From positions 2,470 through 66,469 of the IMG/VR virus record IMGVR_UViG_3300043466_002106: 64,000 nt of DNA; one strand, 5' to 3'. Shown piece by piece: positions 1-10,513 of this stretch (positions within the stretch are counted from its first letter, which is position 1; every line of letters begins with the position of its first letter). The notes beneath the pieces are model-generated. The model saw nothing but the letters and a program-made list of their open reading frames with translations. It did not search any database and was not told the origin of the DNA. This stretch comes from a virus. Made by a program: the position numbers and the translations under genes.

Positions 1-952
1 TTGCAGTTGTATTACATTCACAAGGACAACCACAAAGACAAGTCGTTATGGTTCCACCTGATTGTTGGTATACCTGCATACAGTCTGAAGATGTATTTGC
101 ACTACTTGCACAACCACAAGTGTGCATACAAGTTAAACCTGATGTAACTCTTGTATAACCCGTATCTTGTTTTGGACTACCGTCAGCATAATGATAAAAT
201 TTATTCTCGGCTCTTGCCCCCATGTAAAAGAACGTTCCCTTATTTTCAGGGTACCTGTTGTTAAGACCTCCTGATGTATCACCAGTCCATCTGTACTTTA
301 ACATGAATTCAGCTGTCCAACCTAATGGAACTCTTTGTGGAAAAACTTGGTAATCATAACCAGCTATTTTGTAAAACCCTTGGAAGAATCCACCTTGTAA
401 GTTTGCGACATACCCAATATCTCCACCAACGTTTTGATAATTTAAATCATAAGTGTATGAGTTATCATTCCACAATCTGTTTTCAGTTGTAGTAAAACCT
501 GTAATAGGATGAAGTTTCATTCTCCTATCATATTTGTATCTACTGAATTTGTCTGAAACGTTTGTATATAATCCTGTTGTGATTTCTATTGTTTCACCCG
601 ACATGTTTTGAACAAGTCCGTTGTCAATACCTGTTAAACCAACATCACACAACTCTGTGGTGATTGGACAAAAGTTGGGGTCTATGTCATCAGGGTTCCA
701 ATAATTTTCCGAAACAATTGTTTGATAATCAAAAGAACATGCAGATGTTTGACATAATGTTGTACCTGAACTATTAAAGTCAAATTTAAATGGCATTCTA
801 TTACCATCGTTAACACCAATTAAAAATGGTGAAAAAACGACTTCTTGGTCATAATCTCGCTCGTCCGACGCTAAGCAAATGTCGGTGATTTCGTTGACTG
901 GTTTTATCCCCCATTTACGAAAATTATACTGATTAATGTTTTGATATGCCAT
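1..952 (-). CDS. partial virion structural protein (Cys/Thr/Gly-rich); runs off the left edge
   Basis: Not in the ORF track. ATG at 952 reads MAYQNINQYNFRKWGIKPVNEITDICLASDERDYDQEVVFSPF...; TATTTAT motif (962-968, minus) just upstream. Confidence 0.7.
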   Translation of the reverse strand, partial: MAYQNINQYNFRKWGIKPVNEITDICLASDERDYDQEVVFSPFLIGVNDGNRMPFKFDFNSSGTTLCQTSACSFDYQTIVSENYWNPDDIDPNFCPITTELCDVGLTGIDNGLVQNMSGETIEITTGLYTNVSDKFSRYKYDRRMKLHPITGFTTTENRLWNDNSYTYDLNYQNVGGDIGYVANLQGGFFQGFYKIAGYDYQVFPQRVPLGWTAEFMLKYRWTGDTSGGLNNRYPENKGTFFYMGARAENKFYHYADGSPKQDTGYTRVTSGLTCMHTCGCASSANTSSDCMQVYQQSGGTITTCLCGCPCECNTTA

Positions 953-1004
953 ATACTAATGATAAATACCTTATGAGCTAGTATTTATAGATAAAAAAGA
1001 AGAG

Positions 1005-1817
1005 ATGATTACTACAGACAAAGAATTTTATTCGTCGCCATACTATTTTTTATTGAGAGATAAAGGAGATAAATACTCCCTATACTTCTCTGTAGAAGGA
1101 AATTTAAATGAGGCTCGTGAAAAAGATGAGGTAATTCACTTTGAAAAAAGTAAGGGTGGAAAAGTTAAAAACCATCTTAAAAAAGTTGCCAAAGAGAAAA
1201 AAGTTAAATCCACAAAAACTCTTAAAAAAGATTTGGAAGAATTAGTAAACTTGGATGGAGCATTATCCAACTCAAAAATTCCAATTCTTGACCCAAGACT
1301 TCACCCTCATAAAACTATGGACCAAACCGTAGCCGCGGCAAGAATTACTAATGACCCAATTTCTCGTGGATATAGAACATATTATGGTGAATCGGTTGAA
1401 GAAATCGATGAGGTTGATATGTCAGGAGCGTTTGGTTATGAAGAAACTGAAAATATGGATGGTGAAGAAACCTTCAAATATTTAGTTAAAAAAATGGGTA
1501 TGGAACCTGATGAGGCAAAAGAAAGAACCAAACAAAAAGGACAAGACCCAACAGGCAATAAAGATAAAAAATCACCTTATTATAAAGACAAGAATTTTAT
1601 AACAAGAGCAACTTTATCTGAAATACAAAAACAAAAAATGATTAAAGTTGTGGAAGATATTTTGATGGGTAAAAAAAATTCGGACAATTCTGAAGTTGGT
1701 AAAAAAGATTTAGAAACATCAAAAATATTAAAGAAAAATATTTCATCATTAAAAAAACAAGCAGAAAAAGAAGGAGTAACTCTTTCTGATTTATTAAAGA
1801 TGTTTAAAAGTGAATAA
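1005..1817 (+). CDS. hypothetical phage protein, probable head-associated protein
   Basis: 270 aa ORF; TATTTAT at 982-988; internal LNE/LSE sites. Confidence 0.6.
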   Translation: MITTDKEFYSSPYYFLLRDKGDKYSLYFSVEGNLNEAREKDEVIHFEKSKGGKVKNHLKKVAKEKKVKSTKTLKKDLEELVNLDGALSNSKIPILDPRLHPHKTMDQTVAAARITNDPISRGYRTYYGESVEEIDEVDMSGAFGYEETENMDGEETFKYLVKKMGMEPDEAKERTKQKGQDPTGNKDKKSPYYKDKNFITRATLSEIQKQKMIKVVEDILMGKKNSDNSEVGKKDLETSKILKKNISSLKKQAEKEGVTLSDLLKMFKSE

Positions 1818-2277
1818 AAGTTTATACGATAAAGAAATTGAGTTTCCATCTGACAAAAGGGAACATATGAGAAAATGTTTTCATATGGTTAAAGGTGCGG
1901 ATGAAAATACTGAAGGGTTTAATAGAAACAAAGAACTTCAGGGTCAAAAATTTATCACATATAAACAATTAAAAAGAATTAAAAACTTTTTTGATAATTT
2001 TAATGGCAACCAAAAAGAACCTTCATTTATTTTAAATGGTGGTGTAGAAATTAAAAATTGGGTTGACAATGAATTAAGAAAAATGAGGGATTATATTAAG
2101 AATACAAAAACTAATAAAATGAATGCGGGTATGATGAACCAATTCATTGACCCTCATGAGAAAAAAGATTTTACAAATGTAAGAACATCTCAAGAACACT
2201 CAAAGACTGTTGACAAATATAACCCATCAGTTAATGAAAGTGTTAAGAGAATAAACGAACTAATATCAAAAATATAA
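1810..2277 (+). CDS. hypothetical phage protein
   Basis: 155 aa, GTG start overlapping the previous stop; C-terminal VNESVKRINELI motif. Confidence 0.6.
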   Translation: MNKSLYDKEIEFPSDKREHMRKCFHMVKGADENTEGFNRNKELQGQKFITYKQLKRIKNFFDNFNGNQKEPSFILNGGVEIKNWVDNELRKMRDYIKNTKTNKMNAGMMNQFIDPHEKKDFTNVRTSQEHSKTVDKYNPSVNESVKRINELISKI

Positions 2278-2281
2278 AAAT

Positions 2282-2575
2282 ATGTCAAGTCAAATTACTG
2301 TAGATTTAAGTCAAACAGAACCAAACGCACTTACCGCTATTGCTGACCAAGAAAGAGCAAAATTAATCCCTAAAAACGATTTTAATGCTGTGGGTAATGA
2401 ATACTCATCAGTTAACCGTGATGCACTTGCTGACGGTGACTCTATGGGTAGAGGTACGGGAGCGTTCTTAGATGTTTATAATGTAAACGCTGGAACAATT
2501 GATGATATCGTTGAGAGAAAAAATGATATCAAAATTAATAAATTTAACTCGTCAAACGTATACCCTAATTTCTAA
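2282..2575 (+). CDS. hypothetical phage protein
   Basis: 97 aa ORF tightly packed in the operon. Confidence 0.55.
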   Translation: MSSQITVDLSQTEPNALTAIADQERAKLIPKNDFNAVGNEYSSVNRDALADGDSMGRGTGAFLDVYNVNAGTIDDIVERKNDIKINKFNSSNVYPNF

Positions 2576-3048
2576 TGAAGTTACAAGGAGCACTAAAAGG
2601 ATTAATTTGTGAAATCGCTTCTTTGGATAGTATTGTTGATGCTATTAAGAAACGACAAGTTGTTATTATCTACTATGATGGTGATGAGCCAGGTGGTAGA
2701 GGTATACGTCAAATTGAACCTGTGTGCTTGGGAGTTAGTAAAGCGGGAAATAAAGTTTTAAGAGCTTGGGATAGTGAGGGAGCGTCTCATACTGGTTATA
2801 AGGGAGAACAACCATTACCAGGTTGGAGATTATTTAGATTAGATAAAATACTATCAAACAAACCAACTGGTGAGGTTTACAATGAACCTAAACCTGGTTA
2901 TAATTTTAATGGAGACAAAAGTATGGTTAGTGTTATTATAAACGCAGTGTTTGATAATAACCCTCCAACACCTCAACCACCACAAGAACAACCAACACCA
3001 CCTGAACCTGAAACTCCACAAACACCTGAAGAAGAAAATATAACATAA
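2575..3048 (+). CDS. stand-alone WYL-domain protein with Pro/Glu-rich tail
   Basis: R-x-IEP-x-x-LG ... LRAW ... WRLFRLDKI pattern typical of WYL domains. Confidence 0.8.
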   Translation: MKLQGALKGLICEIASLDSIVDAIKKRQVVIIYYDGDEPGGRGIRQIEPVCLGVSKAGNKVLRAWDSEGASHTGYKGEQPLPGWRLFRLDKILSNKPTGEVYNEPKPGYNFNGDKSMVSVIINAVFDNNPPTPQPPQEQPTPPEPETPQTPEEENIT

Positions 3049-3049
3049 G

Positions 3050-3694
3050 ATGGACAGATTAATGGAAAAATTAGCCCTATCAAAGGCTATCATGGATAAA
3101 GCAGATGGAATTAAAAATACAAATTCTATGAACGGTGGATTACCACCAACATCATTGCAACAACTAAACGCACCTGAAACTTTTGAAGTTCCTAACGCAA
3201 GATATAATATACCTCAAGAATTTCTTCAAGAATCAAATTCTACTCAAGAACCGTATTTATCTAACGTTCCGAGAGAAAATACTAAGCCAGTTGGTGTTCC
3301 AACTGTGGATGCAATTAAAAACTCTAAATTACCTGATGAAATTAAAAGGTTAATGATGGAACACCCAATAGCACAACCACAACAACAAACAACAACAATA
3401 TCTAACGACCTTGTAGAAAGAGCGTCTAGATTAATGAAACAAAATAGTGGTGGATACGTTCCTGAATCTGCAAAACCAAAACAACAAATACAAGAGACTA
3501 AACAACAATCTTCGTCATCATCAGGTATTGATTACAAATTGATTCAAAAAATGATTAATGAAGCGGTTAAAAATGCGTTGAAAGAAAACGGATTAGTGGT
3601 TGAAAGTTCTGAGAAATCCAATGAAGTATTTAATTTTAAAGTTGGTAAACATGTATTTGAGGGTAAAGTAACCAAAATCAAAAAATTGTCATAA
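3050..3694 (+). CDS. hypothetical phage protein
   Basis: 214 aa ORF in the operon. Confidence 0.6.
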   Translation: MDRLMEKLALSKAIMDKADGIKNTNSMNGGLPPTSLQQLNAPETFEVPNARYNIPQEFLQESNSTQEPYLSNVPRENTKPVGVPTVDAIKNSKLPDEIKRLMMEHPIAQPQQQTTTISNDLVERASRLMKQNSGGYVPESAKPKQQIQETKQQSSSSSGIDYKLIQKMINEAVKNALKENGLVVESSEKSNEVFNFKVGKHVFEGKVTKIKKLS

Positions 3695-3745
3695 CACCTT
3701 TCTTTATTCGACAACAATTACTATATTTTAAGAAATATATTAATA

Positions 3746-4960
3746 ATGTCGAAAATTAAAATCTTAGTAGTCCCATCCGATAGAACAGGAGTGGGTAAAT
3801 TTAGGTCTGTTGACCCTCACGTCTTTTTACAAAATCTTTATGGTGACGATTTCCACGTAGATATCGTTTATGAACCTCCTTATGATGATATGTCATTTTG
3901 GTCTCAATATCAAATTGTTGCTTGTCATAGAAGCATTGGTCCTGACTTTGAGAAAGCAAATGAGATAATCAAAAAATTAACAGAAAACGGTATAATCACA
4001 ATTGTCGATATTGACGATTATTGGATGCCAGGTAAGGAACACCCAATTCATGATATTATTAAGTTCAATAAGATTAATGAAAAAATTGTTGCAAATCTTA
4101 AAGTAGCGTCTTACGTAACCACTACAACAAATTTATTTGCTGATGAAATTAAAAAGTTTAATAAAAATGTGGTTGTATTTCCAAATGCAATTAATCCAAA
4201 TGAACCACAATTTAAAGAACCAACTTTAGAATCAGATAGACTTAGAATTGGATGGTTGGGTGGTTCATCTCACTTACACGATTTACAATTATTGGATTCA
4301 CCGTTAGGTAAAATAACTCATTTAAAAGATAAATTACAATTTGTTTTGTGTGGTTTTGATACAAGAGGTACTGTTACTGAAATTAATCAACAAACAGGTG
4401 AACACAAAAAAAGAGATATTCTTCCTCACGAAACTGTTTGGGCTCAATATGAAAAAATATTCACCCAAAACCATTCTTTAATTTCTGAAGATTACAAGAA
4501 ATACTTGTTGAAGTATACTCAAGAAAAGTATCCTAACGAATTGGATGAATCTTATGTTAGAGTTTGGACTCAACCCGTAACATCCTACGCTAAAAATTAC
4601 TCAAAATTTGACGTGTCTTTGGCTCCAATTAAAAATACTATGTTTAACCGAATGAAATCTCAATTAAAAGTTATTGAGGCGGGATTTTACAAAAAGGCAA
4701 TTATCGCTTCCGATTTAGGTCCATATACGTTAGATTTGAAACATTGTTTAAATCATGGTAATTTTGTTGATGGAAACGCAATGTTGGTTGATGAAAATAG
4801 AAACCATTCTGATTGGGCAAAATACATTAAGAAATTGGTTGAGAATCCTAATATGGTCAAAGATATGGGAGAAAGATTGTATGAAACAGTTAAGGACACA
4901 TACGACTTAAATACAGTAACGAAAAATAGAGCAGAGTTTTACAAATCTTTAATTAAATAA
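3746..4960 (+). CDS. glycosyltransferase (GT-B fold, GT4-like)
   Basis: DIDDYW, IGWLGGSSH, APIKNTMFNRMKSQLKVIEAG, IIASD motifs. Confidence 0.8.
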   Translation: MSKIKILVVPSDRTGVGKFRSVDPHVFLQNLYGDDFHVDIVYEPPYDDMSFWSQYQIVACHRSIGPDFEKANEIIKKLTENGIITIVDIDDYWMPGKEHPIHDIIKFNKINEKIVANLKVASYVTTTTNLFADEIKKFNKNVVVFPNAINPNEPQFKEPTLESDRLRIGWLGGSSHLHDLQLLDSPLGKITHLKDKLQFVLCGFDTRGTVTEINQQTGEHKKRDILPHETVWAQYEKIFTQNHSLISEDYKKYLLKYTQEKYPNELDESYVRVWTQPVTSYAKNYSKFDVSLAPIKNTMFNRMKSQLKVIEAGFYKKAIIASDLGPYTLDLKHCLNHGNFVDGNAMLVDENRNHSDWAKYIKKLVENPNMVKDMGERLYETVKDTYDLNTVTKNRAEFYKSLIK

Positions 4961-4961
4961 C

Positions 4962-5663
4962 ATGATTAACATACCATTAACAAAAATTTTATTCTTGGAC
5001 ATCGAAACTGTTGGTGTCCAACCTGATTGGGATTCATTAGTTAAACATAATGAAGCCCTTTCCTTTCAATTCGAACACTACTTTGATTGGTTCCAAAAAA
5101 GGTTTCCTGAAGACGGAGCAAATGGTGTTGGTCAAATGTTTGTTAATCGTTCGGCATTAGTTCCTGAATTTGCAAGAATTGCTTGTGTTAGTGTTGCATT
5201 TGTTACCGAAAGTGGTGAAGTTAAAATGCAATCATTCAGTGATATTGATGAGAAAAAAATGTTATTAGAAGTTCAAAAACTTTTATATCGAGTTGGTGAA
5301 CTTGGATTTTTCTTATGTGGTCATAACGTAAAAGGATTTGATATTCCTATGTTAGCAAAACGTATGATTATGAATGGAATTATGCCACCTAAGATTTTAC
5401 CAGGTCATGACACAAAACCATGGGAAATTAAAGCGTTAGACACAAAAGAAGTTTGGCAATATGGTGGATATGGTTCCATCGCATCTCTTGAACTTATGTG
5501 TGTTTGTTTGGGTGTTGAATCATCTAAGACAATGGAAATAACAGGTAATAAAGTACATGAAGCGTTTTGGGTTAAAAACGATATTGAAGGTATTGTAAAA
5601 TATTGTGAGAAAGATGTTTCAGTGTTAATTGATGTAATTAAGAAATTAATAGATTTAAAATAA
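4962..5663 (+). CDS. 3'-5' exonuclease (DnaQ/PolB-exo-like)
   Basis: ExoI LFLDIETV, ExoII GHNVKGFDIP, ExoIII YCEKDV. Confidence 0.85.
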   Translation: MINIPLTKILFLDIETVGVQPDWDSLVKHNEALSFQFEHYFDWFQKRFPEDGANGVGQMFVNRSALVPEFARIACVSVAFVTESGEVKMQSFSDIDEKKMLLEVQKLLYRVGELGFFLCGHNVKGFDIPMLAKRMIMNGIMPPKILPGHDTKPWEIKALDTKEVWQYGGYGSIASLELMCVCLGVESSKTMEITGNKVHEAFWVKNDIEGIVKYCEKDVSVLIDVIKKLIDLK

Positions 5664-6283
5664 TGGAAAATTCAAATGAATTGGGATTTGACCCAACAGC
5701 TTACGAGGAAATTTTAAAACAATTTGAAAAAATAAAATTAGAATCGGGTATTGAACCTGATGAAGATTATCAAAAAGAACTTGAAGATATTTTGGGTATT
5801 GGATTTGATGACTTGGAAGAAGAGATTTACAGAAACGCAAGAACTAAAACAATTGAAGTTGAATTAGTTCATGATGATGCAGTATTTCCAAAATACGCAT
5901 ATGAATCAGACTCAGGATTTGATTTACACTCAACACAAGATTTAACAATTGGTCCGTTTGGTAGAATTTTAGTACCAACAGGAATTAAAGTTTCTTTTGA
6001 TGAAGGTTATGAAATACAAGTCAGACCTAAAAGTGGTTTAGCCATTAAACAAGGATTAACAGTTCTTAACACACCAGGGACTGTTGACCAAGGATATACA
6101 GGTGAAATACAAGTAATTGTGTTTAACACAAATAATTACACAGTGATGATACCTAAAGGTATGAAAGTCGGTCAAGCAGTATTATGTCCTGTAATAAACG
6201 GGAAATATGTTAGATTTGAAAAAGTTGATACCCTTAATGAAAAAGATAGAGGTGATAACGGATTTGGTAGTACAGGGATTTAA
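5663..6283 (+). CDS. dut: trimeric dUTPase with acidic N-terminal extension
   Basis: SGFDL, RPKSGLA, GTVDQGYTGEI, RGDNGFGSTG motifs. Confidence 0.95.
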   Translation: MENSNELGFDPTAYEEILKQFEKIKLESGIEPDEDYQKELEDILGIGFDDLEEEIYRNARTKTIEVELVHDDAVFPKYAYESDSGFDLHSTQDLTIGPFGRILVPTGIKVSFDEGYEIQVRPKSGLAIKQGLTVLNTPGTVDQGYTGEIQVIVFNTNNYTVMIPKGMKVGQAVLCPVINGKYVRFEKVDTLNEKDRGDNGFGSTGI

Positions 6284-6293
6284 AAATTAAAAA

Positions 6294-7928
6294 ATGATTA
6301 CAGTAGGATATTCAACAAGAGAACATAACCCCCAATTTATCGAGTACTTAAAAAAAAGTTCGGGGACAAAAAAAATTCAAGTTATTGAAAAAATTAATAA
6401 CGGTGAAAAATCATTATCACAAGTTTATAATGAAATCCTTGCGGAGTCGGTAAATGATTTAGTTGTTCTTTGCCATGATGACATTTATTTTGACACATCA
6501 AGTTGGTCTTATAAACTTAAAACACACTTTGATAAAAGTGATTTTGGCGTTATAGGTGTTGCGGGTACAACCAATTTATCTGAGACAGGTAAATGGTGGG
6601 AAACCAATAATAGAAAAGACATGATTGGTATTGTTAATCACGAAAGTGATGGTAAAAAATGGACATCAAAATATTCTGAAGACTTTAACAAATCAATTAA
6701 ACAAAGTGTTATTGTTGATGGTTTGTTTATTGCATTAAGTAAATCAAGAATTAAAAAAACTTTTGACGAAGACTTTGAAGGTTTCCATTTTTACGATATT
6801 GCCTTTTGTTTTAGAAATCATATTGAAGATGTTAAAATTGGTGTTATCACCAATATTAGAGTTACTCATAAATCCATTGGACAAACAAATCAACAATGGG
6901 AAGATAATAGAGTTTTTTTTATAAATAAATATGGAGAAAACTTACCTTCAAAAATTCCTTTTGACCCAAATAAAAGATTAAAAGTTTTATTATCTTGTAT
7001 TTCATTTAAAAATTTTACGGGTTCAGAATTATATGTTTTTGAGTTAGCAAAAAGTTTACTCAAATTAAATTGCAGTGTTACAGTTCTATCACAAATTGGT
7101 GGTCCAGTAACTGATATGGCAAAAAAACTTGGAATTAAATGCATTTCATTTGAAAATGCTCCAGGATTTAAACTTGGTGACGGACAATGGGGTATGAATA
7201 CTCCTGAAGGATTTAAACCATCAACACCAAATGCACTATATAGAATATCAGATGTTGATTATGATATTATCCATTTCCAACATAAACCAGTTGCTGAAAG
7301 AATTCTTAACATGTATCCTGAATTACCTAAAATATGTGCAATTCATTCAGAAGTGATTTCTGTTGAAGACCCTGTTGTCGACCCAACAATTAAAAAATAT
7401 ATTGCAATTCGTCCTGAAATTAAGGACCACATGATTAATAATTTTGAAATACCTGAAGAAATGATTGAGGTTATTTATAATCCAATTGATAATGAAAAAT
7501 TCCAATCTAAAAACACATCAGATGAAAATTATGTGTTGTTTGTTGGTACCATAGATTATTTGAGAAAAGAAACCATTTTAGATTTAGTCGAATACACAAG
7601 AGAAATTGGAAAAGAACTTTGGTTAGTCGGAGAAAATAATGGAAATTATTTAGAAAATGTTTTATTAGAAGACCATGTTAAACATTTCCCATCAACTTGG
7701 AAAGTTGAAAACTTTATTTTAAAATCTTATGAAACTGCAGGAATTCAATTAGGTAGAACAACAATTGAAAGTTGGATGTGTGGCAAATCAAGTTGGATTT
7801 ATAAAGTAGATAAAGGTGGTTTTATTTTATCCAAAGAAAAACACGAACCCCCAACCGATATTGAAAAATACTATACTCTGAATGTTGCCCAACAAATAAA
7901 AGACGAATATCTTAAAATTCTTTCATAA
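6294..7928 (+). CDS. two-domain glycosyltransferase (GT2-like N-terminus + GT-B C-terminus)
   Basis: LCHDDIYF (DxD-like), GVAG, VDGLF, FHFYD; C-terminal TGSELY...IYNPID. Confidence 0.75.
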   Translation: MITVGYSTREHNPQFIEYLKKSSGTKKIQVIEKINNGEKSLSQVYNEILAESVNDLVVLCHDDIYFDTSSWSYKLKTHFDKSDFGVIGVAGTTNLSETGKWWETNNRKDMIGIVNHESDGKKWTSKYSEDFNKSIKQSVIVDGLFIALSKSRIKKTFDEDFEGFHFYDIAFCFRNHIEDVKIGVITNIRVTHKSIGQTNQQWEDNRVFFINKYGENLPSKIPFDPNKRLKVLLSCISFKNFTGSELYVFELAKSLLKLNCSVTVLSQIGGPVTDMAKKLGIKCISFENAPGFKLGDGQWGMNTPEGFKPSTPNALYRISDVDYDIIHFQHKPVAERILNMYPELPKICAIHSEVISVEDPVVDPTIKKYIAIRPEIKDHMINNFEIPEEMIEVIYNPIDNEKFQSKNTSDENYVLFVGTIDYLRKETILDLVEYTREIGKELWLVGENNGNYLENVLLEDHVKHFPSTWKVENFILKSYETAGIQLGRTTIESWMCGKSSWIYKVDKGGFILSKEKHEPPTDIEKYYTLNVAQQIKDEYLKILS

Positions 7929-9085
7929 TGAAATTAGGTTTAATTGGTGTTGATGTGATTGGTTTATCATTTGGTTTATTGTGCGAAAAAAAAGGTTATG
8001 AAGTCTTAGTATCAAATAGTAATGAAGATTATGTTTTTAATCTTAATCAAAAGATTTGTATCACAAATGAACCATTAATTCAATCTATGTTATTTGACAC
8101 TAATAAGTTTAGTGCGACTACAAATAATACCGATGTAATCAAGAATTCTGATATCATTTTTATTTTCTCACCTACCCCATCCAATATTGATGGTAACTAC
8201 GACACTGCAAAAGTATTTGACGTTATTTCAGAATTTTATACTTTGTCATCACAAGATGTTCAACTTTATAATAAGAAAGTGGTGATATGTTCTACAACAA
8301 ATCCTGGTGAAGTGGACCAAATACAACAAAGATTAAACATGTTTAATATTCAGGTCGCATACAATCCATTCTTCACAAATGAAGGTGAGATTGTAAAAGA
8401 CATTGAAAATCATGAAATGGTTTTAATTGGTACAGAGTATCAAGAATTAACAAATGAATTAATTCAATTACATACTAAAGTTAAAAAAATTCTTGTTAAT
8501 GTTTATACGATGTCTTCAAAGGCTGCAGAGATAACAAAGATTGGAATCAATTCTTTTTTATCCGCAAAAATTAGTTACGCTAATATGCTAGGTGAAATTA
8601 TTACCAAATCAGGTATTGAGAATGAGGTTAATATGGTATTAACTGCAATTGGTGGTGATTCAGGAATTGGTAAAAAACACATGAATTACGGATTTGGTTT
8701 TGGTGGTCCAACAATCAATGGAGATAATAAAGCATTAAAACATTTTGCTGAAAGTGTTGAAGTAAATACTGATTTAATTTCATGTATTAACACATTCAAC
8801 CAATCTCATATTTTGTTCATTAAAGAACATTACATTCAAAAAAATCCAACAAAAGAAATTCCATTTGTTATGAACCACATAACGTATAAAAAAGGTTCTA
8901 ATATCGTTGAGGAATCCCAACAATTTCAATTGTGTATAGAATTGTTAAATGATGGTTATAGTGTTAATGTTATTGAAATTCCTGAAGTTGCAAATAAATT
9001 AAACACATTATCCGAATCATATAACGGAAGATTAAAATTTTATAAACCAGGTACAACCCCTGAAGGAATATTAATTAATTTATAA
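7928..9085 (+). CDS. UDP-glucose/GDP-mannose 6-dehydrogenase homolog, catalytic motifs degenerate
   Basis: PTPS, STTNPG, YNP, AEITK..NSFLSAKISYAN, GFGFGG; catalytic Cys position is Thr. Confidence 0.8.
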   Translation: MKLGLIGVDVIGLSFGLLCEKKGYEVLVSNSNEDYVFNLNQKICITNEPLIQSMLFDTNKFSATTNNTDVIKNSDIIFIFSPTPSNIDGNYDTAKVFDVISEFYTLSSQDVQLYNKKVVICSTTNPGEVDQIQQRLNMFNIQVAYNPFFTNEGEIVKDIENHEMVLIGTEYQELTNELIQLHTKVKKILVNVYTMSSKAAEITKIGINSFLSAKISYANMLGEIITKSGIENEVNMVLTAIGGDSGIGKKHMNYGFGFGGPTINGDNKALKHFAESVEVNTDLISCINTFNQSHILFIKEHYIQKNPTKEIPFVMNHITYKKGSNIVEESQQFQLCIELLNDGYSVNVIEIPEVANKLNTLSESYNGRLKFYKPGTTPEGILINL

Positions 9086-9804
9086 TGATAGTATTAACGA
9101 CAACATATAATTGTGAAAACTTTGTCGAAAAATCTTTATTGAGTATTATGTCTCAAAGATTTAAAGATTTCAAATGTTATATAACTGATGACATATCTAC
9201 AGATAATACGGTAGACATAATTAAAAAAACAATATCAGGTGATGATAGATTTATCCTAATTGAAAATAAAGAAAAAATGTATCAACCAGGAAATTACGAC
9301 CAAGTAATTCGTGGATTAGATATTCCCGATAATGAAATTTGTGTTGAGATTGATGGTGATGATTGGTTACCAAATTCAAATGTTTTAACCTTTATTAATG
9401 AAACATATAAAGATGAAAATGTTTGGATGACAAGTGGTTCATTTAAATACCATGACGGTAGACCAGGGTTTGCAAATCCCCCAAGAAATTTCACAAATGT
9501 TCGAAACCAAACTTTCACATTATCTCACATGAGAACTTGGAAGTCTTGGTTATGGAAAAAAATAAATCAAGAAGATTTAAAAGATGGTTCAGGAAAATAC
9601 TGGAGTGTTGCGGGTGATTTATCATTTATGTTTCCAATGTTAGAAATGTCGGGAAAAAGTCACTTTAAATATATTCCAGATGTCTTATATATCTATAATG
9701 AATCTAACCCATTAAATGACCACAAAGTTAATATGGGTAAAGTGTCATCAACCGTTAACATAATCAGAAATAAACCACAATATAATTTATTACAAAATGT
9801 CTGA
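9085..9804 (+). CDS. GT2 glycosyltransferase
   Basis: TTYNCE, DDISTDNT, EIDGDDWL. Confidence 0.85.
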   Translation: MIVLTTTYNCENFVEKSLLSIMSQRFKDFKCYITDDISTDNTVDIIKKTISGDDRFILIENKEKMYQPGNYDQVIRGLDIPDNEICVEIDGDDWLPNSNVLTFINETYKDENVWMTSGSFKYHDGRPGFANPPRNFTNVRNQTFTLSHMRTWKSWLWKKINQEDLKDGSGKYWSVAGDLSFMFPMLEMSGKSHFKYIPDVLYIYNESNPLNDHKVNMGKVSSTVNIIRNKPQYNLLQNV

Positions 9805-10513
9805 AAACTTTAATCCAAAAATTTCAGTATGTATTCCATCATACGAAGCAAATGGTAGAGGTGTTGAATTTATTGATAAGAACATCCAATCGATTCTTTC
9901 TCAAACCTATAAAAATATAGAAATAGTTGTGTCCGACCATTCAAAAGACGATGATATTGAAAATTACATTAAAGGTTTGGGATTGGATAATATAATGTAT
10001 TTAAGAAATACTAAGGATATTGGATGGCCCGCACATAACACAAACAATGCAATTAAAAATTCAACTGGGGATTATATCAAATTAATGAATTTAGACGACT
10101 TTATGGTTGGTGAAGATTCTATTCAATTAATGGTTGATTTGTTAGATGAAGGTAATAAATGGGTTATTAGTGGATGTATTCACTACGATTATGGTAATGG
10201 TGGTTGGACAAACCCTATTATTCCAAGAATTGAAGGTGATGGTAAACACTTAATTAAAGGTATTAATTTTGTCGGGTGTCCAAGTGTTGGGTTAATTCCT
10301 CGTGATGAATATTTTGACCCTGAAGTTTTATATATGATTGATTGTGAACTTTGGTATCGTATGTTTATAACATATGGTTATCCTGGAGTATTAAAAGATT
10401 ATAGGATTGCGGTTGGGATTGGTGACCACACTTTAACCAGTCAATTATCATCAAAACATAGTGAATGGCATTATAAAGATGTCGATTATTGTAATAAAAA
10501 ATTTTTAATATGA
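9797..10513 (+). CDS. GT2 glycosyltransferase
   Basis: ISVCIPSY, SILSQTYKNIEIVVSDHS, NLDD, GCPS. Confidence 0.85.
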   Translation: MSENFNPKISVCIPSYEANGRGVEFIDKNIQSILSQTYKNIEIVVSDHSKDDDIENYIKGLGLDNIMYLRNTKDIGWPAHNTNNAIKNSTGDYIKLMNLDDFMVGEDSIQLMVDLLDEGNKWVISGCIHYDYGNGGWTNPIIPRIEGDGKHLIKGINFVGCPSVGLIPRDEYFDPEVLYMIDCELWYRMFITYGYPGVLKDYRIAVGIGDHTLTSQLSSKHSEWHYKDVDYCNKKFLI

